Assembly: GCA_965226495.1 (NCBI GenBank)
Contig: OZ245365.1
Span: 2,016,001 to 2,080,000 of the forward strand
Source of the DNA: Candidatus Marinacidobacterales bacterium
Lineage (GTDB): Bacteria; Acidobacteriota; Vicinamibacteria; Marinacidobacterales; DATDRI01
Length of the DNA stretch: 64,000 nucleotides
Reading direction: 5' to 3'
Positions within the stretch are counted from its first letter, which is position 1. Each line of letters begins with the position of its first letter. The notes beneath the pieces were generated by a model, which was not told the origin of the DNA, ran no database searches, and saw only the letters and a program-made list of their open reading frames with translations. The position numbers were made by a program, and so were the translations under genes. Below are positions 51,742 through 60,832 of this stretch, one piece after another.

Positions 51742-53106
51742 ATGGTCCAATACTTGATGTTGTTGGCGTTGCTTCAGGCCGAGCCGGTCGATCGGTTGGT
51801 CCAGGGTGGCACGGTCGTGACTATGGATCGGGAGATGCGGGTTCTCGAAGGGGCGGCTGTTGCGATCCGCGGCGAGCGCATCGTGGCGGTCGTCGAGGCG
51901 GGTGATCCTCTTCCCGACGCCCGAGAAGTGGTAGATGCCGCGGGGCATCTCGTGATTCCCGGGCTGATAAACACCCATGGCCATGTGCCGATGATTTTGC
52001 TTCGTGGCCTGGCTGACGACATGGCGCTGATGGAATGGCTCAACGATTTCATCTTTCCCGCCGAGGCACGGAACGTGAACAAGGAGTTCGTCTATTGGGG
52101 AACTCTTCTCGGTGCGATCGAGATGGCTCGAGGCGGGACGACGACTTTCACCGACATGTATTACTTCGAAGACGAAATCGCACGAGCTACCGATCGATCG
52201 GGGCTGCGGGCGGTACTTGGTCAGACGATCATCGGTTTCCCCGCGCCGGATTACAAGACCACCGACGAAGCGTTAGCCGCCACCGAGGCCTTCGTTCGTG
52301 AATATCGAGACCACCCTAGGGTCACGCCCTCGGTGGCACCCCATGCGCTCTACACCACCGACATCGAAGTGATCATCAAGGCTCGGGAGATGGCGTGCCA
52401 ATACGATGTCCCGTTCCAGATTCACGCCCACGAGTCACCGGAGGAAGATACCGCGGTGAGAAAGAAGATGGGTATGACGACGGTATCCGTGCTAGATCGG
52501 GCAGGCGTGCTCGACTCGGGGGTGATCCTGCATCATGTGATCACACTGACCGACGAGGATATTCGACTCATTGCCCGCAGCGGTGCTACCACCTCTCATA
52601 ACCCGGAGTCCAACATGAAGGGGGCGTCGGGCCTCGCCCGGGCTCCGGATTTGCTGGCAGCGGGGATTCCGGTGGGACTCGGTACCGACGGCGCGGCGAG
52701 CAACAATAACTTGGACATGTTCGAGGAGATGGACACCGCGGCCAAAGTGCACAAGCTCAATCGACAGGACCCGACCGCCATGCCCGCTCGCGACGTGTTT
52801 CGGATGGCAACCATCGGCGCCGCGGAGGCATTGGGGCTTGCGGACGATGTGGGCTCGATCGAGGTAGGGAAGCTTGCTGATTTGGTGTTGATCGACCTCG
52901 ACAAGCCGGAGCTGACGCCTCTCTACGACGTTTACTCGCACTTGGTTTACGTCATCAAAGGGCCGTATGTGCGTTCGGTGCTTGTTGGAGGCGAGTGGAT
53001 AGTTCGGGACCATAAGGTGGTCACCATGGACGTGGAAGAAGTGTTGACCAAGGCGCGGCAGATTCAGGAGCGAATCCGAGCCAGCCTTGCCCGAGCGGAA
53101 AAATGA
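51742..53106 (+). CDS. Amidohydrolase, MTA/SAH deaminase (MtaD)-like
   Basis: PGLINTHGH, GTTTF.DMY, PHALYT, IHAHES, HNPESNMK, GLGTDGAASNN. Confidence 0.88.
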   Translation: MVQYLMLLALLQAEPVDRLVQGGTVVTMDREMRVLEGAAVAIRGERIVAVVEAGDPLPDAREVVDAAGHLVIPGLINTHGHVPMILLRGLADDMALMEWLNDFIFPAEARNVNKEFVYWGTLLGAIEMARGGTTTFTDMYYFEDEIARATDRSGLRAVLGQTIIGFPAPDYKTTDEALAATEAFVREYRDHPRVTPSVAPHALYTTDIEVIIKAREMACQYDVPFQIHAHESPEEDTAVRKKMGMTTVSVLDRAGVLDSGVILHHVITLTDEDIRLIARSGATTSHNPESNMKGASGLARAPDLLAAGIPVGLGTDGAASNNNLDMFEEMDTAAKVHKLNRQDPTAMPARDVFRMATIGAAEALGLADDVGSIEVGKLADLVLIDLDKPELTPLYDVYSHLVYVIKGPYVRSVLVGGEWIVRDHKVVTMDVEEVLTKARQIQERIRASLARAEK

Positions 53107-54620
53107 AGCGCCGACTCGAGATCGTCGGACTGGTCGTTGCCGTTGCGGCGGGTTCGGCCTGCAAAACCCGTGAGAGCTCATCGCCGACTCCAAGAGCCCG
53201 CAACGTCATTCTGTTCATCGGAGATGGACTAGGAGCGACCCAAATAGCGCTCGGACTCGAGTACGCCCGCGTCGTCGAAGGGCGTCAGCTTCATCTGGAG
53301 AAACTCATGGAATCCGGTGAGATCGGGTATGCACTCCCGGTTTCGCACCAGACCACGGTGATTGATTCCGCTGCCGCGGCTACTCAAATCGCGACCGGCC
53401 AGGTAGCTTGGAATCAGACACTCGGGATCGATATCGAGGGAAAGCCGATCGAGACGATACTCGAGCTATCCGAGAGCCGGGGGCTAGCAACGGGTCTGGT
53501 AACCAACATGCGACTGGTTCATGCAACCCCCGCCGCCTTCGCCTCACACCAACTGTCCCGCTATGACCCGGAACCAGAGATCGCCGATCAGATCCTAGCG
53601 GAGCACGAGATCGAAGTCCTTCTCGGTGGGGGAGCGCGGGCTTTCGTCCCGCAGGGACAGCGGACGTCCGAGAGCCTACCGGGAATTCCGGCCCGACTCG
53701 ACGGGCGTTCACGGCGCACCGACGATCGGGATCTCATCGCGGAAGCGCGCGAACGCGGCTACGCCGTCGTGAGCGAGCGCGAGGCGCTTCTCGACCATGC
53801 GTCCAAAAGGAAGAAGCTTCTGGGTCTATTCTCGGCCAGCAACCTGCCTTATGTCTTGGATCGTCGAAGTGAATCGTTGGACGGTGTTCCCAGCCTCGCG
53901 GAGCTAACCGAAGCCGCACTCCGAGTGCTTGGTGCGGAGGAAAAAGGGTTCTTCCTCATGGTCGAAGGAGGGCGCATCGACTATGCGGGCCACGACAACG
54001 ATGCCGGTGCGATGCTCCACGAGATTCTCGATTTCGATGAGGCGTTGGGTGTCGCGTCTCGTTTTCAATCGAAGAATCCCGATACCCTGCTTCTGGTGAC
54101 CGCCGACCACGGGACTGGAGGGTTCACTTTCACTTACTCTCGACACGCTGATTGGGAAAGACGTCCGGCGATTCCTCTGGCGAGTGGGGAAGTGTATCGC
54201 CCGCGTTATTTCTACCCCGGCAGGAACGAGTTGGAGCTCCTGGGGAAGCAATCGAGGTCGTATGAGTTGATCGGAGAGAGAGCCGGAACCGATCCCGCGA
54301 AGCTTCAAAAGGAGGTGCGAGATGCCACCGGTCTGGAGCTTACCTGGGAGGAGGCGACGAAGGCCGCGGCACGGAACACTGAGGGCAAACCTGAGGTCGG
54401 CGATTTTTCGCAGTTTTACACCGACGAGGAAGACACCGCACAGGCGTTGTTGGGACGGGCGCTATCTCGGCAGACGTCCATCAGCTGGTCGACCGGGGGG
54501 CACACCACCGATCCGGTCCTTGCCTTCGGTGTGGGTCCGGGCGCGCATAGGCTGCGGGGGGTGTATCGAAATACTCATATCCACGAAGTGATGGAGAAGA
54601 GCCTAAGCGGGATGCAATAA
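53103..54620 (+). CDS. Alkaline phosphatase (PhoA-type), lipoprotein
   Basis: Lipobox GSAC, NVILFIGDG, DSAAAAT active-site Ser, HATPAAF, MVEGGRID.AGH.ND, TADH. Confidence 0.93.
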   Translation: MKRRLEIVGLVVAVAAGSACKTRESSSPTPRARNVILFIGDGLGATQIALGLEYARVVEGRQLHLEKLMESGEIGYALPVSHQTTVIDSAAAATQIATGQVAWNQTLGIDIEGKPIETILELSESRGLATGLVTNMRLVHATPAAFASHQLSRYDPEPEIADQILAEHEIEVLLGGGARAFVPQGQRTSESLPGIPARLDGRSRRTDDRDLIAEARERGYAVVSEREALLDHASKRKKLLGLFSASNLPYVLDRRSESLDGVPSLAELTEAALRVLGAEEKGFFLMVEGGRIDYAGHDNDAGAMLHEILDFDEALGVASRFQSKNPDTLLLVTADHGTGGFTFTYSRHADWERRPAIPLASGEVYRPRYFYPGRNELELLGKQSRSYELIGERAGTDPAKLQKEVRDATGLELTWEEATKAAARNTEGKPEVGDFSQFYTDEEDTAQALLGRALSRQTSISWSTGGHTTDPVLAFGVGPGAHRLRGVYRNTHIHEVMEKSLSGMQ

Positions 54621-54651
54621 ATAAGGCGCCACCGGTCGGCGGCGCCTTATT
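54620..54651. terminator. Bidirectional terminator-like hairpin
   Basis: aataaggcgcc / ggcgccttatt stem between convergent genes. Confidence 0.75.
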
Positions 54652-54673
54652 AGCTTCGTTTCAGGGCGCAACA

Positions 54674-55636
54674 CTATTCTCTCGAAATCGTTACACTCCC
54701 ACTAAAAGTCGAGGCCTCGATCACCACGCTGCCGTCGCCGTAGATGCCGTGGACTTCCCGCTTGCTGATCGCTCCAGACATAGTGAGCGGGAACTCGCTT
54801 TCGATGTCGCCGCTGAAAGTCTCGGCGGTGAGCTCGAAGCCGATGTCGTTGGCGATGTAGATCTGGACGTCGCCAGAATGGCTCTCGAACTCGTAGCGTC
54901 CTCCCTTTGCGAACGTGCCGCCGTATCGGATATCGCCGCTGACGCTTTCTATCGCAGCACGCTCACAATCGGCTTGGGTGAGAATCACGTCGCCGCTTAC
55001 ACTGCTCACTTCCACCTCCCGCGCCTTCAGTCCTGTGACCTGGACGTCGCCGCTGACGCTGGCGATCTCGGGGTCCTCGAGCGATGCGGCCGACTCGACG
55101 GTGACTTCGCCGGAGACACTCTGGGCCACCAACAGGTTCTCCGCATTGTTGACCGTGACGTCGCCGCTGACGGACTCCGCTTCGAGCTCGCCACCAACGT
55201 CTGCTACATGAACGTCTCCCGACACCGACTCCGCGGACACCGATGTGCCGGTGGGAACGGTAACACTGAAATCCACCGACATATGCTTGTGCTGTTTGCC
55301 CTTGGTGTACTTGGTCTCGATCCGCACACGATCTCCGGTTTGGCTCACCTCGATGCTTACGAGAGAAGGATCGCCATGACCGTGTTTCTCGGCCTCGACC
55401 CGAATCTCGGTGCCCGGTCCGCCCCGGATCTCGATATCGCCTGATAAGTTGCCGATGTCGAGCGAGCCCGAGGGGCCGACGTCGAATGTGCGAGAGAACT
55501 GCTCGCCTTCCTGAAGGTAGAGGTGCGTCGAGCGTTCCACGGGGGCCGCCGCTCCGAGGAACGAGGCACCGAACAGCAACGTTAGAACAACCTGTATGGG
55601 TTTACGGAAGTTTGTCTTCATGGTTTTCTGTCTCAT
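54674..55636 (-). CDS. DUF4097 beta-strand repeat protein
   Basis: Signal peptide; repeated SVSGDV units. Confidence 0.9.
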   Translation of the reverse strand: MRQKTMKTNFRKPIQVVLTLLFGASFLGAAAPVERSTHLYLQEGEQFSRTFDVGPSGSLDIGNLSGDIEIRGGPGTEIRVEAEKHGHGDPSLVSIEVSQTGDRVRIETKYTKGKQHKHMSVDFSVTVPTGTSVSAESVSGDVHVADVGGELEAESVSGDVTVNNAENLLVAQSVSGEVTVESAASLEDPEIASVSGDVQVTGLKAREVEVSSVSGDVILTQADCERAAIESVSGDIRYGGTFAKGGRYEFESHSGDVQIYIANDIGFELTAETFSGDIESEFPLTMSGAISKREVHGIYGDGSVVIEASTFSGSVTISRE

Positions 55637-55640
55637 CCCT

Positions 55641-56369
55641 TCAGCTGGGATCCGGACTTTCCGAATCGCGTATTTCGTCGATCAAATCCAGCGCGTTCTC
55701 GCCTTGCCCCTTTCGCACTTCATTGATCAGGAGCACCGTATTCTGGAGAAGGCTGAGCTTGCGTCGGAGAGCGGTAAGAAGACTGTCCCCGGCTACCAGG
55801 TTCTCCGGCTGTTGGCGGGCCGCTGTCCGACTCTCTCCGATAGCGTCTTCGATGACGGTTAGGTTCGCCGTGAGCACCGCCATCAATTCGGGATCGAGAG
55901 TAGACTGATCGGTCTCGACGATCTTTTCCAGTCCTTGGATGGCGTTTTCGTAGTGCTCTTCCGCGGCTAGGAGCTCTGCCGCAACCCACTCTGCACTACC
56001 TTCGGGCGGTTGGCTGGAAAAGAAGTCGAGCTGGTTCATGATTGCCATTGTGCCGATCAAGACAATCGCTGTAGCGGCGAGGGCCCATCGATGTGACGAG
56101 AGATTGTTCGCAATCCCGTTTCTCCAAGAAGAAGTCTGCGGCGTGCCGCTTTGCGCTCGTATTGAATCAGCAATCCGCTTCCAGGCATCTGCAGGGGGAG
56201 TCAGGCGCTCGAGCGATGCTGCCGCCCTCTTAACCTCGAGGAGATCTTCCGCCATCGCCCGGCACGATTGGCATCTCTTGAGATGCGCCTCGAGCGATTG
56301 TTGTTCGGAGCTGCTCATCGAGCCGTCTACGTAATCATCGAGCTGGGCTCGGTATCGATCCTCAGTCAC
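55641..56369 (-). CDS. zf-HC2 transmembrane anti-sigma factor
   Basis: L.DYVDG...EAHL..C..C, TM helix; overlaps the sigma gene. Confidence 0.88.
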   Translation of the reverse strand: MTEDRYRAQLDDYVDGSMSSSEQQSLEAHLKRCQSCRAMAEDLLEVKRAAASLERLTPPADAWKRIADSIRAQSGTPQTSSWRNGIANNLSSHRWALAATAIVLIGTMAIMNQLDFFSSQPPEGSAEWVAAELLAAEEHYENAIQGLEKIVETDQSTLDPELMAVLTANLTVIEDAIGESRTAARQQPENLVAGDSLLTALRRKLSLLQNTVLLINEVRKGQGENALDLIDEIRDSESPDPS

Positions 56370-56997
56370 CGCTTTTCTCCCGTGGAGGTTTGCCCAAGAG
56401 CTCTCGTAGTTTCAGTCTGGCTTTGTGAACCAGAGACTTGGATGTGCCCTCCGCGACACCCAATATGTCCGCCACCTCGCGGTGGCCGAATCCCTCGACG
56501 TCGAACAGCAAGAAAGCCGCCCGGTAGGAATGGGGAAGTTGCACGATGGCGTTCTCTAGGTCGAGTCGGGCCGCCGTCGACTCGGGAGCAGCGGAGGGGG
56601 AGAATCCCGTCGACTCGTCCAGGCTTTTGGTCACCGATTGTCTCTGCGCAGCCCCACTTCTGAGATGGTCGAGGCAACGGTTGACTGCCAATCGATACAA
56701 CCAAGTCCCAAAGGCGGCCCGCCCTTCGTAGCTCGGTAGCTTGTTGTAAGCCAGTAAGAAGATCTCTTGAAGGAGATCCTCCGCTTCGGCGAGGTCTCGG
56801 ACCATGCGGAACGCCAGGTTGTACATGGCCGAACTGTGCCTTTGATAGATGGCCTCGAAAGCCTCCACGTCGCCGGATCGACACCTGGCGACCAGGGTTG
56901 CTTCTTCCGCTCGAGCCTGCTGCTTGGTAGTTGAGACAGAGGAAGGGCCTTGTGGAACGCCGGCCCCGTCCCTGACGTCTTGCATGGGCGCTAGCAT
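56362..56997 (-). CDS. ECF sigma-70 factor
   Basis: AEDLLQEIF, F.TWLYRLA.N, LP..YR..F.L...EG....EVA.ILG...GT.KS..HKAR. Confidence 0.93.
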   Translation of the reverse strand: MLAPMQDVRDGAGVPQGPSSVSTTKQQARAEEATLVARCRSGDVEAFEAIYQRHSSAMYNLAFRMVRDLAEAEDLLQEIFLLAYNKLPSYEGRAAFGTWLYRLAVNRCLDHLRSGAAQRQSVTKSLDESTGFSPSAAPESTAARLDLENAIVQLPHSYRAAFLLFDVEGFGHREVADILGVAEGTSKSLVHKARLKLRELLGKPPREKSGD

Positions 56998-57243
56998 ATC
57001 TCAGGAGAGCAGCGCGGCTTGCGCATCCTGGTGGCCACCCAAAACACGAAGTTGCCATCAAATATCTCGTCAGGGGGCGGTTCATCTTGTTGCCTGGGTC
57101 CTTTGGACATTCGGTTCTTTTCCTGCGCTTACATGGGTTTGGACGAGGGTGGGGCCAAAATGGTTTACGCGGGGTCCAGATCTCCCGACTGCGGCTGGCA
57201 ACTTCAACCCTATGATAGACTTGCCCCCCCAGGGAGGGCCGGG

Positions 57244-58359
57244 ATGAAGTCGCTTTCACTGTTGCTTCTTATTAATGCGCTCACCGTCGGACCAAGCTTC
57301 GCAACCCAGCCTAGGATCAAGGTCATCGCCGATCAGGACAGCGCGGGGCCGGAGGGAACGAACTATCTCTCCCTGTTGATGCTCCTCCTGGCCCCCGAAA
57401 TCGATCTGCCGGGAATCACCACGGTGAGTGGCGACCAGTGGGTTAAGCAGGCGACGGTTTTTGCGCGCCACGCCGTTGAGCTTACTGGGCGGTCCGACGT
57501 GCCGGTGGTTCAGGGCGCCGAGATGCCGTTGCTCAATAGTGGAGGCGAGCAGGAGCGTCGCGAACGCCTGTTCGGGTCTTATGCAACATGGCATGGGGTG
57601 TTCAATCCCGATGCTCCTTCTCCCGATCGCATTTGGGAACCACCTGGTGGCTGGCCTGAGATGCCAGCTCGGTCAGGGCATGCGGTCGACTTCATCATCG
57701 AGACGATCCGCAAGAATCCAGGCGAGGTCGTGCTCTACTGCGCGGGACCTCTGACCAACGTCGCGCTCGCCGTTCGCTTGGACCCCGGCATCGTGCAACT
57801 CACCCGGTCCATCTACATCATGGGGGGAAGCAGCGGCGGAGGCCCGGAGCTCAATTGGTGGTGGGATCCCGAAGCGGCGGCCATCGTTTTGCGAGAGCCT
57901 TGGAAGGAAATCGTGGTGACGCCGTTCGAGACGGGAGGCCAAGCATGGTCCAGCCCAGACCTTATGCGGCCGATTGTCGCTTCCGGAGGTCGACTTGCCA
58001 GTCACGTGAGCTCGACGTACCTAGATTACAAGCCTCAGGATTCCAATACCGTGTGGGGGATGATGTGGGATGAAGTCACGGTCGCCTCTTTGCTCGACCC
58101 GACGGTGATTGGTAAGTGGGAGGAATTGTATCTCGACGTGGTGATCGACCATGGACCCACCTACGGTGAAACTCGCGTCTGGCGGAAGCCGCCAGCGGTC
58201 CTGAGTTTTTTCTTGGCCTACAGTGGGCCCGATCCGATGGACTCTGAGAGTTGGACAGAACATCATCGGTTACCCTACGGCCGCCGTCCTGCGCAGGTTC
58301 AGATGGAAGTCGATCTGGAGAAATTCAATTCGCTTTTCATAGAGGTCTTGTCACGATAG
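57244..58359 (+). CDS. Nucleoside hydrolase family protein, exported, with atypical metal motif
   Basis: Signal peptide (…PSFA), DQDSAGPEGTN, GPLTNVA, IMGG, N.WWDPEAA, MWDE. Confidence 0.88.
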   Translation: MKSLSLLLLINALTVGPSFATQPRIKVIADQDSAGPEGTNYLSLLMLLLAPEIDLPGITTVSGDQWVKQATVFARHAVELTGRSDVPVVQGAEMPLLNSGGEQERRERLFGSYATWHGVFNPDAPSPDRIWEPPGGWPEMPARSGHAVDFIIETIRKNPGEVVLYCAGPLTNVALAVRLDPGIVQLTRSIYIMGGSSGGGPELNWWWDPEAAAIVLREPWKEIVVTPFETGGQAWSSPDLMRPIVASGGRLASHVSSTYLDYKPQDSNTVWGMMWDEVTVASLLDPTVIGKWEELYLDVVIDHGPTYGETRVWRKPPAVLSFFLAYSGPDPMDSESWTEHHRLPYGRRPAQVQMEVDLEKFNSLFIEVLSR

Positions 58360-58380
58360 CTCTCTGCGAGGGGTTCGATC

Positions 58381-59400
58381 ATGAAGCCAAGTGTGGTGTT
58401 GATTGGTTTGTTGCTGGCAGCCGGCTGCGCTCGAGATCCCGGAGGCTCCGGCCGATGGGAGCTCTCAGAGTCGGCAGCCGGCGAGGTGGACGAGACCCTG
58501 GCGCGACAGATTTTTCTCGCGCTCGATGCAGCAGAGCAGGCAGGTACCGATCCGTCGATTTCTCACTACGATGTGCGTGCAGCGACGGTAGTGGAGGCCG
58601 AAGGGAGAGAGCACGTCGTGGTCGGGAGCAACACCGAGTACCAGGTTCCAGAGGCCATACATGGAGAGACTTCTCTTCTTAACCACGTGACGAGCCTGCT
58701 CGGGAAAGAGGCGACCCGGAGCGTTCGCTTCCTCGCTTTCTACTCCGATGGCAGGTGTGGGAGCGGCTCGAGCTGCGGTGACTGTCGAGATTACCAAATC
58801 GCGGTAACCGACTACCAGAACCTCTTGATCGCCTGTGGGCAGAGCTCAGATCGCACCGTACACATCAAGAAGTTCGCGGATGCGGTGGTTCCCGAAGAGA
58901 GTTTTCCAGCAGTCTCTGCCGACGGGATCCCTCTGAGCGAGGCGGTTTTAGAGCAGCTGGTGGGGGCGGCCATCGAAGCTCGCCAGGGTGGGATTACTCT
59001 CTTTACTTCTGGGGAACATCATGCCGGTGCCGCCGGAGTCTCGTCCAAGGGCAAGTTATACCGGGCGGCCGGTGCGGACGACGCGGCGTTTCATTACCGT
59101 TACCCGATTGGCGGGCTGCTTCAACAGGCGGCGGCGGAAAGCGACTACTTCATCGAAGCGATCGTCGTGGTAGGTGAGCCGGGTGAGTGGCCCCGCATCA
59201 GCTACCGCGACCGCCAGTACGGCTATGAGTCGAGCAGTTTCAATCTTCGGGAGGGCCTCGAGCCGATCCGCTTGATCCTGACCGACGGGGAGGGGAACTA
59301 CCGCATGACGACTTTCGAAGAGGCTTTGCCAGGGGCATTCAGCACCAGCGCCTTCATGCCCGATGCGGTGGGGGAGTTTTTGGAGAGCCACACTCGGTGA
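58381..59400 (+). CDS. Two-domain cytidine deaminase-like lipoprotein
   Basis: Lipobox LAAGC; G.N.E...HGE...SCGDCR zinc motif; second degenerate domain with G.LY....DDAAF. Confidence 0.8.
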   Translation: MKPSVVLIGLLLAAGCARDPGGSGRWELSESAAGEVDETLARQIFLALDAAEQAGTDPSISHYDVRAATVVEAEGREHVVVGSNTEYQVPEAIHGETSLLNHVTSLLGKEATRSVRFLAFYSDGRCGSGSSCGDCRDYQIAVTDYQNLLIACGQSSDRTVHIKKFADAVVPEESFPAVSADGIPLSEAVLEQLVGAAIEARQGGITLFTSGEHHAGAAGVSSKGKLYRAAGADDAAFHYRYPIGGLLQQAAAESDYFIEAIVVVGEPGEWPRISYRDRQYGYESSSFNLREGLEPIRLILTDGEGNYRMTTFEEALPGAFSTSAFMPDAVGEFLESHTR

Positions 59401-59404
59401 AAGT

Positions 59405-59434
59405 CTCTCTCTCGTTGTTACGTTGGGGAGAGAG
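59405..59434. terminator. Hairpin directly after the deaminase stop codon
   Basis: ctctctctc pairs with gggagagag (one GU pair). Confidence 0.45.
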
Positions 59435-59437
59435 GAG

Positions 59438-60832
59438 CGGTTAGTCCCGAAACGATGCACGGGCGCGGTGGAACGCGCAAAAAAAGTCATTTTCTTGTTT
59501 TTTTACTTGACAATTTTCGAAGGTCTTTTAAAGCGAAGTTGTTGACACGATCGTGGACGCGCGTGTGGCGCCCTGAAATAGAGGAGGAAGGCGTGATCCG
59601 CGTCGCGAGCTTCGAACGTCATCGCAGGTCGTATTGATTTAACACCGGCCATCCCAGGACCTCGAAAAACCCCGCGCTATATTAGGAGCATGACACACGA
59701 GTTCCAACTGAAATCGATTTCAGATGATGAGCTACTCCGTCGGTTGTCGGAACTCACGCAACAGTCCCGACGCGTCGAGTCCGAGTTGGTCGCTCACATC
59801 GGCGAAGTGGACGAACGTCGACTGTATGCGCGCGAAGCTTTCTCTTCGATGTTTTCCTATTGCACCGAAAAGTTGCACTTGTCGGAGCACGAGGCTTACC
59901 TGCGCATCGCAGTGGGGCGCGCGTCTCGTACGCACCCCATGCTTCTCGAGATGCTCGGTGATGGGCAACTTCACTTGAGCGGCATCGCCAAGATCGCACC
60001 GCACCTCACCGAGGCCAATCGAGAGACGCTTTTGGCTCGTGCGGCGCACAAGTCCAAGCGGAAGATTGAGGAGCTGGTGGCCGAGATTTCACCCAAGCCT
60101 GATGTTCAGGCGACGATACGCAAACTGCCCGAGCGTCCCGAGAAAACAGAACGGACCCCAGCCCCCCAACTCGGTCCGGAACGAGTTGCTATGCCTTCCC
60201 CGGCTCCCGCTCCGGCCAAGCTCGCGGTGGTGGAGCCTCTTGCACCCGCGCGCTATAAAGTGCAGTTCACCGCCAGCTCCGAGCTTCACGATAAGCTGGC
60301 GCGACTCCGGGTGCTCATGCGCTCCTCGGTACCCGACGGTGATCTGGCTGCGATCATAGAAGAGGCCGTGACCGAGAAGCTCGAGCGGCTAGAGTCGAAG
60401 CGGCTTGCCAAGACCAAGTCCGCAAGAAAGAGTCTTGAAGAAACCGACACGTCGCCCTCATCGCGCTACATCCCGGCCGCGGTGAAACGCGCCGTGCGGG
60501 AGCGGGACGGGAACCAATGCACGTTTGTGGACGCAAACGGTAGACGCTGTAGGGAGCGCCACGGCCTCGAGTTCCACCACCACCAGCCCTTTGGCCGTGG
60601 CGGCGACCACAGCCCGGAGAACCTGCGGATGATGTGCCCCGCGCACAACCGGTATCTGGCCGAGCGCGACTACGGAAGAGAGGTGATGAGGCGATACCGG
60701 CGCTCAGGCGACCATGCACGCGAGCCCGCGCCTGTTTACTTCCTCGGCAACCGGCTCTCGAACGCGACGAGTGGGGCCCGTCGCGACAGGAGCGGCGGCA
60801 GCACGACGTGGTCTAGGGCGAAATACGGTTAG
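59438..60832 (+). mobile_element. Putative HNH-encoding selfish element with possible CGGTTAG target duplication
   Basis: cggttag at 59438-59444 and 60826-60832; the gene interrupts a nucleoside-catabolism cluster. Confidence 0.4.
59690..60832 (+). CDS. DUF222-like N-terminal domain plus C-terminal HNH endonuclease
   Basis: SDDELL..L..L....R..E.ELVAHI.EVD.RRLY...SSMF.YC...L.LSE; R.IP..V.R.V..RD...C...C...LEFHH..P...GG....NL...C..HN. Confidence 0.88.
   Translation: MTHEFQLKSISDDELLRRLSELTQQSRRVESELVAHIGEVDERRLYAREAFSSMFSYCTEKLHLSEHEAYLRIAVGRASRTHPMLLEMLGDGQLHLSGIAKIAPHLTEANRETLLARAAHKSKRKIEELVAEISPKPDVQATIRKLPERPEKTERTPAPQLGPERVAMPSPAPAPAKLAVVEPLAPARYKVQFTASSELHDKLARLRVLMRSSVPDGDLAAIIEEAVTEKLERLESKRLAKTKSARKSLEETDTSPSSRYIPAAVKRAVRERDGNQCTFVDANGRRCRERHGLEFHHHQPFGRGGDHSPENLRMMCPAHNRYLAERDYGREVMRRYRRSGDHAREPAPVYFLGNRLSNATSGARRDRSGGSTTWSRAKYG

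Noticed and set aside
56366-57259. 297-aa alternate-frame ORF over the ECF sigma gene, and the 5' extension of the hydrolase ORF to 57019
   Set aside because: Low-complexity translation; better starts exist in the sigma frame and at 57244 (SD plus signal peptide)
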